DNA from: Macrostomum lignano
Taxonomy: Eukaryota
Reading direction: 5' to 3'
Assembly (NCBI GenBank): GCA_002269645.1
Contig: NIVC01002438.1
Coordinates: 109,553 to 173,552, forward strand
DNA: 64,000 nucleotides
The translations under genes were made by a program, and so were the position numbers. This document shows positions 40,885 to 53,299 of this stretch, piece after piece. Positions within the stretch are counted from its first letter, which is position 1. Each line of letters begins with the position of its first letter. The notes beneath the pieces were generated by a model. It was not told where the DNA came from. It made no database searches and worked only from the letters and a program-made list of their open reading frames with translations.

Positions 40885-43800
40885 ATGGCTGAAGGAGGCT
40901 CAAATCATTCGGATTTAGAAAACTATACGCAGACTGTCACTGAGTCTGTGAAGCGAGGCGACTTCAATCAAGTGTGGTGGTCGGCAACAAGCCAACTTGT
41001 GACTGCGACCGATCGATATGGTGGCACTGTCCTCATGAGAGTGGCCGACACTCCCGCCACTCCAGTGAAGGCTGAAAAGTGCATTTTGTACTTGATTGAG
41101 CTAGGTGCAGATCCATATGCAACCGACTTTGCAGGCGACACGGCTGCACACGTGGCAGCCCGGCGGGACCACCTGAGGCTGTTTGCACTGCTACCATTCG
41201 AGGCCAAGTGGCTGCCGAACCAGCAGGGCGCCACTCCGCTGATGGAGGCGGCGCGGACTGGCAGCTGGAGATGCGCAAAGCACCTGCTGCACCAGCTGCG
41301 ACAGGTGAATTCAGGTGAAGGCGATTGGTTGCTTGGAGCGCAAGATCTTGAAGGCCGGACGGCGCTGGACCTGGCGGTGCTCAACGGCCACTCAGAGTTG
41401 GCGAGCGAAATTGAGCGGTAAGTCGTGTGCGGCAGTTGGCAATTACTCCTGACTTAGTTCTTGAAAATCGTGTAAAATATTACATATTGGTTCATCTATG
41501 CTTAATAAATTCAGTAAAATAAAAATTTCAGTTTCATCACTTTAACAAATTTGTATCAATTCATTTGAAAAAGTTACAAATTATTCGAATTAGAAACCGA
41601 TTTTCTCTAGTTGTAAAAATTCACTAATGAAGCGATTTCTTTCTTAAGAGCGTGCTCTTCTAACATCATTGCAGGGAGATGAGACTGAGAATGGATGGGG
41701 ATGGTTCTATCTTTGGTCTGACAGACCAGGTAAGCAACATTTGCCATGTCTTTTTGTCTGCAGCCAAAGTTTTCCTGCCTTTTTTGCGCTTGCTTTTGCA
41801 GGAAGACGAAGATCGATGGAGACTTTGGCGACGAGCTTACTTTGGCGACTTTGCAGGCCTGGTAGAAATCGCAACACGAAGTAACTGCGACCTGCCCATC
41901 GATTTTTACTTTAGTGGGCTAATGTTGGCAGCTCGAAATATCGATTGCCGGGATGCAGCTCTCTGGGAGCGACTCCTGCAGCTTGCCGACCCGACTAATT
42001 CTTCTTCAGGAAGAATCAGTTTCTTGCATTTCGCTGCCGGAAGTGGCAATTTGGCCGCAGCCTCTGCACTGCTAAATGCTGGAGCCTCTGCCAATGCCAG
42101 GAATGGTAATGGAGCCACACCTCTGATGTGGGCCGTGATCTTAGCGCCGTCCACCGCTGCTGTTCCCATCGCTAGGCTTCTGCTTGACTCAGGTTCGAAT
42201 TGGAGTCTGAAGGACCTAAATGACATGACTGCTTTGGATTTGGCTATCAAACGTAAACATTTTAAGCTAATCGAGCTGCTGCAAACGTGAGTTTACATAG
42301 TTTTTCAGAAGCATTTAAGCTTATAGTTTTCAGTATTTCATATAGTGATTGCCCTGGTTTTATCTTGGTTTTAACTTAACCCTGGTTTTAACTTGAATTG
42401 CAAAGAAAAATTAATTTTTTTACTGGCAGATACGACAACGAGCTCTTCTTTTCGGGTTCACAGAGGACGTCGTAAGTTTATTCTTCTATTAGAATCTTTC
42501 GTAGCGCAAATCCAACTGTTATTCCAACGATATAACAGTTCTTTTAATAAAAAATATTGATTCTGTTAGTTTCTTAGCAGCAACTGAATTTTGCTATTTT
42601 TACGCAGTTTATCTGAGCCACCTCTTTTCGTGGAGCACTGGACACGGATCCGCCTCCTCGGAAGGGGACGCTGGGGAGTTCACGAAATCTGCACAGACAC
42701 GGGCGTCAAGTGCGCTGCAAAGACGGTTAAACTGCCGGTACAGAGTGGTGATCAGCTCGACTCCATGAGAAATGAGATCGATAAAGTTATTGAGGGAGAG
42801 AGCAACCTGTGCTTTCTGTCGCATCCGAACATAGTCAAGTTTTTGCGCATCGTTCAGCCAAAGCCTGCGACAGTCGTCGTGTTTATGGAGCTGCTGGATG
42901 GTGAAAGCTTGGAAAAGTTTATTGACAACAAGCCATTGGAAGAACAAACAATTATAGGCATCAGCAAACAGGTGAATACATAAACACTTTTTAATAACTT
43001 AATAGGGAAAATGGAATTTTCTACCCATCGAACTATATAGATAGCAAGTGAGGATACCTCATAGACAACTTTTTGCTGCGCCGGAACGGAGCAACACAAA
43101 CACACGAAGTTAAAAAACACGGCCTTACTTTTTGTTGCGCATTTTCTCAGACAAGAATCAAGTCACCAGCCTTCCAAATCGTTGACACATTCAGCAGTTC
43201 TTCAAGAATGTCGGATTTTTCCATAAGCGCAGTGCATTCAATACCCACTACGTCTCAGTGCCACCTTGCCAATCCTCTAAATTTTATCAGAGCGTCGATC
43301 ACATTTGTCCGCATTAGTTTTGACTTCGTTAATCATTGGCCTTTAGGCGGGCCCTAAAATCCCGGGGCATGCAGGAGCACCTCACCCACTGGATCATGTA
43401 CATGGTCTCCTATCGTACTGCCACCTCGCACCTCCTGGGACACTCCGCTCTGTGCAGGCCCAAAAAGCTGGACCACCAGGTGGAGTCCTCGGCCCGATTC
43501 TCTGGAACTTGATCATGGACGAGCTGCTCTATCCGGACCCGGTTCAGAAGGTCGGTTACGCGGACGATGTTATCGCCACTGCGACTGGACCATCACCCGC
43601 GGATCTCAGAGACCTCCTCCAAGCCTACATTCACCATACCAAGGGCTGGGCACACAGCTGCGGTCTCTGCGGACGGAATCCCGTCCACGCTCTTCCCTCC
43701 GCTCAAATTCAAAATCAGCATTCCACCATGTCATGAGGCTAGGGACAACTGGAAACCACGTGAAATACACTGCTTCACTGATGGGTCCCAAATCAACTCC

Positions 43801-46001
43801 GCCTCTTGCTACGGCTACTGCATCGTGTCTGGAGGGAGAACTGTGGCGACCTTCACCTATTACACTGGCACTGCTCCACCGTTTTCCAGAACGAAGTTCT
43901 CGCCATCAGCTCCTGCGCCATGGAGCTGTACAATCAGTGCGTCTGGGGAAGGAGATTATCTTCCACTCAGACAGTCAAGCGGCGATCCTTGCCCTTGAGC
44001 GCACCACCATTTGCTCGCGTACAGTCCTCGACTGCATCGGGCAGCTCAACCGCTTAGGCGCCTCTAACAAGGTGTCCCTAACGTGGATCCCCAGCACTCG
44101 GGCCACCCCGGCAACGAGTTGGCCGATCGACTGGCCAAGGCTGGCTCGACCGGTTCTTTTACTGGTCCCCTGCCCGTAGCCCTCACCCCCACCGCCGTTT
44201 TCACCACTCGTATCAACCAGTGAGTTGCTTCAAAACACAGAGAGAGGTGGGCTAACGCCCCTGACTGCCGGCAATCTCACGCGGCTGTCCCTTGTCCTTC
44301 CTCCGCCCTGCGCTGGGCCCTGTTTGGACTCAACTGCAGGGACATCAGGGCGGTGACCATGGCCCTCTCGGGTCATGTCTGTGTTTTCCAGGCATCGTTA
44401 CCCCCTCCGTAGCGAGGAATGCCCTTTCTGCCTCTCCGGTCCATCTGTGAATGCCCCGTCTTTACTCAGGACAGGCTCACCTACCTCGGCCCAAACCCGG
44501 ACCTCTCCGACGTTTTCAGGCTCTAGAACCCCTGCCAGCTCGTCCGCCACCTAGGGGTTACCGAGCGAGCGACAATCCACCTCCTGGACTCTCCGGAATG
44601 GGACCGCGCTGCGGACACCGGCACCACTAGATCTCCCTGCGCCACACCGCAGCACTAGCTGCCTGTGGTCGCCAGGGGTTAGCGAAATGGGCGATAACGA
44701 TGCACGGAGCCCCCTGCAGCTAAGTCAAGAAATCATTGGCCTTCACCCAGGTGGACCTTCTGCATCTTTAACAGGTGGCATCAGTTGACTTTGGACCGCC
44801 TGTTACGAATTATTCTGATGTCGCTGATGAAGCCTCGACAGTGGGCAAACCTCAACTGCTGGACGTCCTCAGCTAGTCTTAAGCATTCCGTCGTCACCTC
44901 GGTGCAGCCGGGATTCCCGATGGATAGTACCCTGACTATGGACACCTTGTTGCAGCACCGTCAGACCGACGTAGACCGCAGACCGCATCTATTAGTTGAG
45001 GATACCTAGCAGTTGAGGGTTGATCACAGGCATCAAAGTAATTCGCAATAGGGTGTCCATAGTCACCTGGTGCCAATTGTTGAAGGTCCAATGACCAACG
45101 CGAAGTCAAAGCTAATGCGGACACATTTGTTCAATGTGCTGATGAACTTTGAAGGCTTGGCCACGCTGCACTGAGGCACAGTGCTGATTGGCGCACAGGG
45201 GTGTATGGGAAAATGCAACCTTCTGGCAAAATTGTTGAATATCTTGACAGTCCGGAGGGCTGGCGACGTATTTCTGTTATTTCTCGCAAAATTTTAGCCT
45301 CCGCTCTTGAAATTTGTGTCCCTGTGTTGCTCCGTAGCAGGGCAGAAAAACATTGTCAGGGGGAATTCCTTATGGCAAACCTTTTTATGACTGAATTTCG
45401 TATGCATTTTGGCGATAAAAACACCTGGACGTATTGTAGTTTTAATAAGAAATTGTAAATTAAATAAAAGCGATTTTATTACCTTCGTCTTTGCGGTGTC
45501 TTTTAGATCTGCAGTGCGTTGCACTACCTGCACAGCCAGCAGCCCCCTGTGATCCATAGAGACATCAACTGCACGAACATCATTGTGAACCCGGTCAGCG
45601 AGCGAGTTAAGTTAATCGACTTCGGCCTTTCAATTAAGCTGAGTGAGTCCATCAGCCATATTTCAGGCTCCTCTCAGAAACCCAAAGGCACTTTGAACTT
45701 CATGGCGCCCGAGATGCTCGGAGATGGCGAAGCAGGCAGACCGATGTACAGCAGAGAGTCGGACATTTGGGCCTTTGGCTGTACGGTCTTTCAGATGGCC
45801 TCCGGCGCGAGGCCCTTCGCGGATGCCAATAACCTTCTAAATATGGCCCTGCGGATGGAAAGAATGGGCGCCCCCGCACTGCCAGACGGCCGATCCGCTG
45901 AGCTGAGGGATTTCTACAGCCGCTGCACCGCCAAGGAACGCAGGAACAGGCCGTCAGCCGCCGAGCTCATGGAGCACGAGTTCCTGACCCGTATCTCATA
46001 A
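40885..46001 (+). CDS. Ankyrin-repeat + Ser/Thr protein kinase (STE/MAP3K-like). Exons 40885-41417, 41675-42286, 42430-42471, 42608-42971, 45507-46001; ~681 aa
   Basis: Ankyrin motifs [68 protein letters not shown]. Kinase motifs [46 protein letters not shown]. All four introns are GT-AG with matching phases (2,2,2,0). Confidence 0.88.
43344..44730 (+). mobile_element. Degenerate, internally deleted LOA-like LINE in kinase intron 4
   Basis: [55 protein letters not shown] across frameshifts. TAAGTCAAG tail. 13-bp TSD AATCATTGGCCTT (43331-43343, 44731-44743). Confidence 0.88.
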
Positions 46002-49000
46002 TCCTTAAAGGATATTGTTAAGTTTCTTTGGAGTGGACTTTTTCTTATTTGAAGTTTTGAGATGTTACGCTACTTTTGTCAGACACTCAGTGGGTGTTAA
46101 ATATTATAATAGGTTGAAATATTTTTTCTTTGGTGGTGACAATGTTAATCTCATTTGCTGTCAATGAGAATTCGATGCTTTTTATGTCCCACAAAATATT
46201 TGTTTTAAAGTTGTACATTTTGGAAACAAAGCATCGAATTATGACTGATAACAGTTAGTGTAACTATTTGTAAAATATTAAATAGCTGTTGTGCTTTGCA
46301 CTATCAACTTCTAGCGCGTACTAACTCTCACTATTAATGATAATTTAACTGTTTGCCGTCGACTGTCCATTAGCCTTATAATTTAAGCAAACTCCTTTTT
46401 ATTCGAACAATTGTGGAACAATTTAGACACGTATGTTACATCTGTATCAGTATTTGAATACTGAATTACTTAAACATACTAAAAACATTTGAATACTGAG
46501 TCCCGCTTGTTTTGACTTAAAAGGGAGTTTGTTAAAAATAGAAGATAAAAGCGTTCATTTTATATATAAAAATGATGAGGACGCACTTTTTTTCCAAATC
46601 CCGCGTTAGCACATGGGCTCTAAATTTACTAGCCTACTAACAGTGGGCAATGGGCATTTTTATCCTTTTTCTGCGAATTGTCATAGCATCTATATTAGAT
46701 ATAATGTTTGGTCATACTAGTAGTCATAATAACATAAGCGCAGCTCTTTGGATCATAAATCATCGCTTTCGAAGCTGGTCTGACAGCCACCTGCGCCTCA
46801 CTCAGTGTTGAGGCGGGCGCCAGATGGTCTGAGGGGATGCGAATGATAGCTTTTTTCTCATCATTTTTTGACAGGCCATCAGATTTATGAAGTCAGAGCC
46901 TATTGTTCGGGTTCACTCAAGCGTGTGACAGCTCTGAAAGCTATGCGTTTTACCCCTAAAAGTATTTTTGGATTAGCGATTAGCAATTTCTCTTCATTAT
47001 ATTCACCTTCTATTTAATAAGAGCTTTCTAATGTATATTTTTTCATTCATTTTTGTCAATTCTACGCGAAAAGTAATAAATCATTTTGCTGCGATTTTGA
47101 GTGATTTATGGCCGCACCTGTCATGTTTTTACGACCCTGTGGGAACTGATAGGATCTCCCGGTCACGTGATTTTGGGTGGCAACTAGCTCATCCAATCAG
47201 AAAATTCGGCGCTCATTTTAACAAATCGGCTTAGCCAATCAGAATCGACGTGTTCCATTATAACAAACTGCGGTCCAGTTGGCGGCTATTTAAACCGGTG
47301 TTTTTCGCCCGCTCGGACTTCAACCGGGTCACCACCCTTCCTTCTTGCGACCGGGTGCTACCCTTGGCTCCACCGGCCAGGAACTGACCGTCTCTTCTCT
47401 GGATTGCGACTTCCCCCCATCATCATCAAGGACGAATCCCCCCGGTTATCAGCAGTGAACATCAAAGTGAAGAGCATCACCTGCTAGCTATCAGCGAAGA
47501 TTGTGACATCAGCATCATCCCGAGTCTACAGCTGCGAAGCATCAAGCCGATTCGGTCACTGTGGATTACCTGGTCTCCGGCTGTTGAGTTTCTGATTGGT
47601 TGGGTGAGAGGCTATCTAGACTTGCTTGATTGGGTGATCCCTTGTCTGTCCCCTGTTTCAGTAGCTGGATTAGGCGCACAATTTTGCTCATTTTGTTCAG
47701 TAGTGCTGTTGCTGATGAAGAGTTGATTCGGGAGGTGATCAGTCTCCCGAAAACTCCCACTTCCAGACACTTAAGCCTGGGAACAAAATCAGTGATCACT
47801 TACTGTTGCGGGCTCCTCTTCTTTGTCGCGCGTGTCTGTAGAGCTCGTCTCCGTGGAGCTGTTCCTCCCGGGGTGGTCTTCTTGAAGTCTAGAGTCGGCC
47901 GAAGGTGAGAGCGTAACAATTAACTCGACGTCGCAGCATTTCTTCAAGTGCAGAATTCAATGTATTCTCGAGTGCCGGAATCAATGTCAACGATGCGCCT
48001 AGTAACAGAATCAACTTCTATAACAATACGAGGTCCTCCAGAAAGGGCGTCTTCTTCTAGAACTAACGGAATCGGAGTCGTGTGCTCCTATCGGTTAATC
48101 TAGGATAACCAAAATCAATCAACTCAATAATCCTCTAAGGGTATCGGAATCGGTCCGCAGATCCTATTCAATCCTTTAGGAAAAGGGAGGCCTCAAACTA
48201 TAGACTCAATAAAATCAACTGAACAGTAACGGCCGGCAATAATAATCGCTCTCAATAATCAAAATAATAAAGACTTGAACAAAGCTTACCAATTGGTTTT
48301 TATTTCTTCCTCAGAGATATAGCCTCTTTGGAGGCTGCTCCGAGTCTGAGATTTCAGCTCAGATTTTGCGTTTGTATTTATACACAATTTTTCGGCCTTG
48401 AGTCGACCTTGAGCTCAAAACCGGTTTTTTGATGAGTTCACGAAAGGAATTTTATTATTTGACAGGTGGTGTTTTTGAATAGAAAGGGGTGAGACTTGGG
48501 TTACATTCAGGTTAACATTTACCATATTTGGAAGTTCTAAAAATAGATGTCGAGAACCGGTTTTTTCGAACAATAGCATAGCCACTCGCTGTTTGCGTGA
48601 TATGACTGGTATTACTAAAAATAGAGTATGACACATAGCTATTTTTAAATTTGTATTCATAACTTTATGTTACTACTTTTAGTAGGCTACTGTGTTTGAA
48701 GATCTCTACACTGAGGCAGAAGTCATTCAATAATACTGCTAGTAGTCTAAAACTCCAATTCAATCTGAAGTGTAAAATGATCTGAGGAGAAGGTTAAATC
48801 TAACAGTTATTTTTATCGGTTTTATTTCTTTGTTCGCCGATGGCTCAGATGAGTAGCTAAGCTAGTAGGCGCCGATCACAGTGGACCAATGGCAAGGCAG
48901 TTCTCAGTCGATCAATCTATCAAATCAGTTAGCGAAACTGCCAGTAGTGCAGAATCGGCGCCAGAGATGTGCTTTGTGCACTCTAGGTTCGCCAAGCGGC

Positions 49001-50314
49001 TCGGGTAATGAATCATGCGGTCTCTGAAGTTCGAGTTAGCCTATCATCAGCGCTATGAGAGGCTGGTTGGCGCGTTGAAGGCCAAAAGTACAATTCTTCG
49101 TATTTAGCAATGTAATAGTACCTTTAGCTACTCTGCACAAGTCCCCTCTGTACCTGCATGGCCAATGCGATCAAGTCCCAGCAGTGTCCCTTATCATCGG
49201 GTATGACTTCGAGATTGACAGCAAAAAGACACTAGTTGGCAGGTAAGTGCAAAGCCCCACCTAGTCGGAAGCCCGATTTCGAAAGTTCCGGTTTGGTGAG
49301 CCAGGACGTACGGGCTGGTGGCAGCGGGTTAATTTATGTGCGGATTGGCTGATCTTTACCTTCAAAATTCTCCCTGCTTGTCTCTTGCTGTCCCTCTCTT
49401 AGCTATAGGACCTAGACTGCTCGCCACAGATCAAGCTACCATGGAGTGGGGGGGGGCAGGACTCTAATTGATTTATTTCTGAGACCTGAGGCCCGAAGGC
49501 TTTCCCACAAGGGGGCCGAAAGGTCGAAACCCATCAAAACTGGAAATAAGAACAATATATTTTATTTCGTAGTATATGTAATAAGAGTCGTCGGTGCTTG
49601 TTTGGAGTTAAAACCTTCACTCGCTGTATATTTTATAGTGGCCCGAGTGAACTACATTACTACGTACTTCTCAAACAAGGCATGGTAATGATACGTACGG
49701 AGCCTGCTCCACTAATACAACCCCCTGCCTACCGTCGTGCACCCTCAACAAAGTCACGACAGAATGCGTCAGTAGACACACGTTGTATCATGCGTATATT
49801 CATATTTTGTCCCATGATTTACAATAAATTAAATAAAAGATTCGAACAAATTAGCACGCTGACTTTCAAACAATCCTCTTCCCTTCAATCCAACTGGACT
49901 GAAATTTATGGGTTTTTTCTATTCATTTTGTTGGCGTAATGCATATCTGTAGCTGTAGCTAGTTGCTTTCCAATTTGCATTACATCAGTGATAATTGCAA
50001 TTTTGTCGGAAGCAGAAGTAGCTTTTAGACCCGCATCAGGAATTGGTAACAGTTGTTTGCAAAACGCAAATGTTTACACAAGTGCATAAAGCTCTTTTAT
50101 CAGATATCTGCCTGTCTGTATTGGCTATAGAACTCCCGGCAGAAAGACCAATGATCTGCTCTGTTTGATAATCCATCTGCTAATGGACTCCCGGGCACAC
50201 ACTGCAGCCTCGCCTTTACTGACCGCTGATCTGAGCTGGTTGCTGATGTCAATAGTCGAGACAATTTAAATACAACTCTGCAAGCGGTAGTTGAGAAGCT
50301 GAAGGCCCTGCACG

Positions 50315-51046
50315 ATGCGTTCAGCTTCCGTCATCACCTGCTGCTGCCTCATCAGTTTGCTGCTCAGTGGTGGCGCTGTGAGCAGACTGGTTCGCCTTGC
50401 CTATGTCGGCTGCTTTCACGACAGTGCCGACAGGGATATGACCGGACTCAAAGGAGTGAGTCTTCTGGACGGGTACACCGTGTCTGGTTCGAAGCACTGC
50501 GTTGATTCCAACAAGATGACTCCCCAACTGTGCGGCAACTTGTGCTCCGCTGGCGGCTTCGCCTACATTGGACTGCAGTTCGGTCGGGAGTGCTTCTGCG
50601 GCTGGACCTACGGCCGGTTCGGCTCCCGACCTGAGCACAGCTGCAGCATGAAATGTACTGGGAATTCGGCACTGAAGTGCGGCGACGAACATGCCAACTC
50701 CGTGTACTCGCTCGAGTATATCCGTGAGTTTTCTTCTATTTAATATATGAAATCAAATCGGATATTTTACACGAAGTGCAGTAGGCCTGTCCTACCTACT
50801 CCTACTAAACTTTCAGATTCCAACCTGTTCAAAAAATCGCCCCCGGCCTACATATCGGTGTCAAGTAATTTCACTGTCCACTGGGCAGTGAGTGCTTCCA
50901 GACCCAGCGACTGTTTGATCCAGTGCACCACGAGATGCCAGGCTGTGCTCTACTCTGAGCAGAATGGAATCTGCTACCTGCTGAAGTTCACTGGGATACC
51001 GGATGCTTTAAAGGAAACGGTTGGCGCGTTTTACACTCGAGTGTAA
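50315..51046 (+). CDS. Secreted WSC-domain + PAN/apple-like protein, paralog 1. Exons 50315-50723, 50817-51046; 212 aa
   Basis: Hydrophobic signal peptide. WSC pattern YVGCFHD..MTPQLCGNLC..YIGLQFGRECFCG..CSMKCTGN..KCG..NSVY. Phase-1 intron. Exon 2 CLIQCTTRCQAVLY..GICYL is PAN-like. Confidence 0.85.
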
Positions 51047-51833
51047 CCAAAACAGATCTGAGCAAACCCGAGAAGAAAAAAATGATCTTGAAACGTTTAG
51101 TGATACAGTTGAAACGATTTTCTGATGCACTAACTATTGTTCTGGTGTTCCGGATCAAATATACATGTAGAAGAGCCCTTGTATATGCGGATGAGTTTGA
51201 GTAAGCATGCAGCTGCTACTGCTACCCGTACATGAGCTTGTGTCTTAATTGGATCGTGTCTTAATCTGTACATATTTCAACAAATTATTTGACTTAGTGA
51301 TTGGACTGACTATATGGACAATGATTATATTTAAAAAAAGTTTTTTTTAACTTGAATATATGTTTAATAAATAATAACTAGGCCAAGTATCGCGTTACGA
51401 CCCCTGGTTCGATTCTGTGCACCGTTATCGTGAGATTCAAACCCAAACGGAGGAGATGGTGTTTGCCTAAAATATGAACACAGAATAAGCAGCATTGCCT
51501 CACTGCCTGCTGGCTGTGGGATGGTCATGGTGTCAGCAAAGTTGTTGCACCGCGGTGTCAACAACCCTCTCCTCCGAGTAGTGATTTTTATACCAAATTG
51601 CTTGTACTTTTACAAGCTTACTTCTCCTCTATAACAATGGTACCATATTTTCTACTTATAGTAGAGAATTAGATAGATATAAACTGCAACTGGTCCGTAA
51701 GAGCTGGGTATTTACCAATCATGTTAGCTCAGAGAATAGAATTGCAAGCATAAAATGTCTGCAACTTTTCTGCTTGCTTGTTAATTAACCCAAATAGCTA
51801 TTATTCTCCTTAGGAATTTCTGCTTGTCAAACC

Positions 51834-53066
51834 ATGCAGAGTCGAGTCGTCGTTATTAAGCTAACAACCCTAGCTTTGATCTGCTTGCTACTAGTAGCTA
51901 GAAGCAGTCAGCCTGCCAGAGTTTACACTCGCAGATACCTGGGCTGCTACGCGGACTCGACGACTCGAGACCTCCCGGGACTCGCGGGTGTCACTGCTCT
52001 GCAGGGCTACTCGGTGCACTCGGTTGCTCACTGCGTCGTCCTTTCCACCGCGGCGACTCTGGAGCGGTGCGGCGACATTTGCTCGCTCGGCGGGTTCTCC
52101 AACATGAGCGTCCAGATGGGCCAGGAGTGCTACTGCGGCTGGAGCTACGGCAGGCACGGCCTAGCGGCTAGCGGAGCTTGCAGCCACAACTGCTTGGGAA
52201 ATTCTTCGCAACAGTGCGGCGGACCCAGTGCCAATTCGGTTTACGCTCTCGAATATAGCCGTAGGTTGTGCTGAGCTAAGACTCAGCAATGGACTTCTCT
52301 GCTATTCATAAAGGGGTCTTTTTGTCTGCTTCCTACCCAAACAGCTGGTAAAGTACATAGCGCCTTTGGCGTACATAGCGGTCCTTTAAAACTTCGCAAT
52401 AGCAATAGAGCCCATAGGTTTGTCTCTTCTCAGCTCTTCTCTCACCACTCTCTTCTCAGCTCTCTTCTCTCACCTCCCTCTTCTCAGCTCTCTTCTCTCA
52501 CCTCTATATTCTCATGTCTCTATTCTCATCTCATATTCTCTCCTCTCCTCTCTCTTTTTCTCAACTTTTACTCTCCCTTCAGTTCTCTCTCGTCTCTTTC
52601 TCTCCTCTCCTTTCCTACTTCATCTCCCTACTTCTCTCCACCCCCATTGCCTCCTCTCTTCTCCTTTATTCCCTTCGCCTCTCCTTTCTCCTATTTCTCT
52701 TCCCTTCCTCTCGCCGGCAGTCATGCTGCCATGCTGCAGGTTCTTTATCTGGCCCTTGGGGTAAAAATTTTGCAGACACCTGCTCTAGAGATACCGTAGA
52801 TTTAAAAGACGAAAACTCATTTTTCGATTTTTTCAGACCCGACAATTTTCAAACTCGCCGAACGAGCCAGCATCGCCGTGCTCAGCAGCCACTCAGTCTA
52901 TTGGAATATGACTGCCACCACAGCTGCCCACTGCCTACTCGGGTGCAACGCCGATTGCCAAGCGGTAATTTTCTCGCCGCTATATCAGCTGTGCAGCTTC
53001 ATCAAGTTCGGCCTGGTGCCAACAGCCCTGGCTGGAATGGATGGCGACTTTTACGTTCGTTACTGA
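51834..53066 (+). CDS. Secreted WSC + PAN/apple-like protein, paralog 2. Exons 51834-52260, 52837-53066; 218 aa
   Basis: Same architecture. Donor AGC C|GTAGGT and acceptor TTTCAG|AC. Exon 2 CLLGCNADCQAVIF..LCSF..DGDFYVRY. Confidence 0.85.
52380..52786. mobile_element. hAT/Charlie-like MITE (CT-rich) in the paralog 2 intron
   Basis: Reverse-orientation relative of 15869-16291. Right terminus TTTTGCAGACACCTG. Confidence 0.65.
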
Positions 53067-53299
53067 CGCTTGAAGACTTGCAATTGGAGACGGCACTGGA
53101 AACAAAATACCTAACTAATTCACTTAATATCCTTACTAGTTGCTCTACTTCAGCATCCAAAATTGAGACAGACTTTTAGCTTATTGTACGTGTGCGGAAT
53201 CCACACTGCAAACTGCAATTTAAAAGACATCCACCAACTTGTAAACCGTCTGCTAGTGGTTTCAACGCACTATTTCACTACTCTCATGTTCTTTGATTT

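Noticed and set aside
44820-44860. Hammerhead ribozyme (CTGATGA...) in the foldback
   Set aside because: No GAAA after a properly closed stem II, and no stems I/III.
48879-48900. Transib/RSS-like CACAGTGG terminus (similar at 46641)
   Set aside because: No matching inverted partner end or 5-bp TSD was found.
49485-49535. Hammerhead half GGCCGAAAGGTCGAAAC
   Set aside because: Stem II and GAAA are present but the CUGANGA core is missing upstream. At most a decayed relic.
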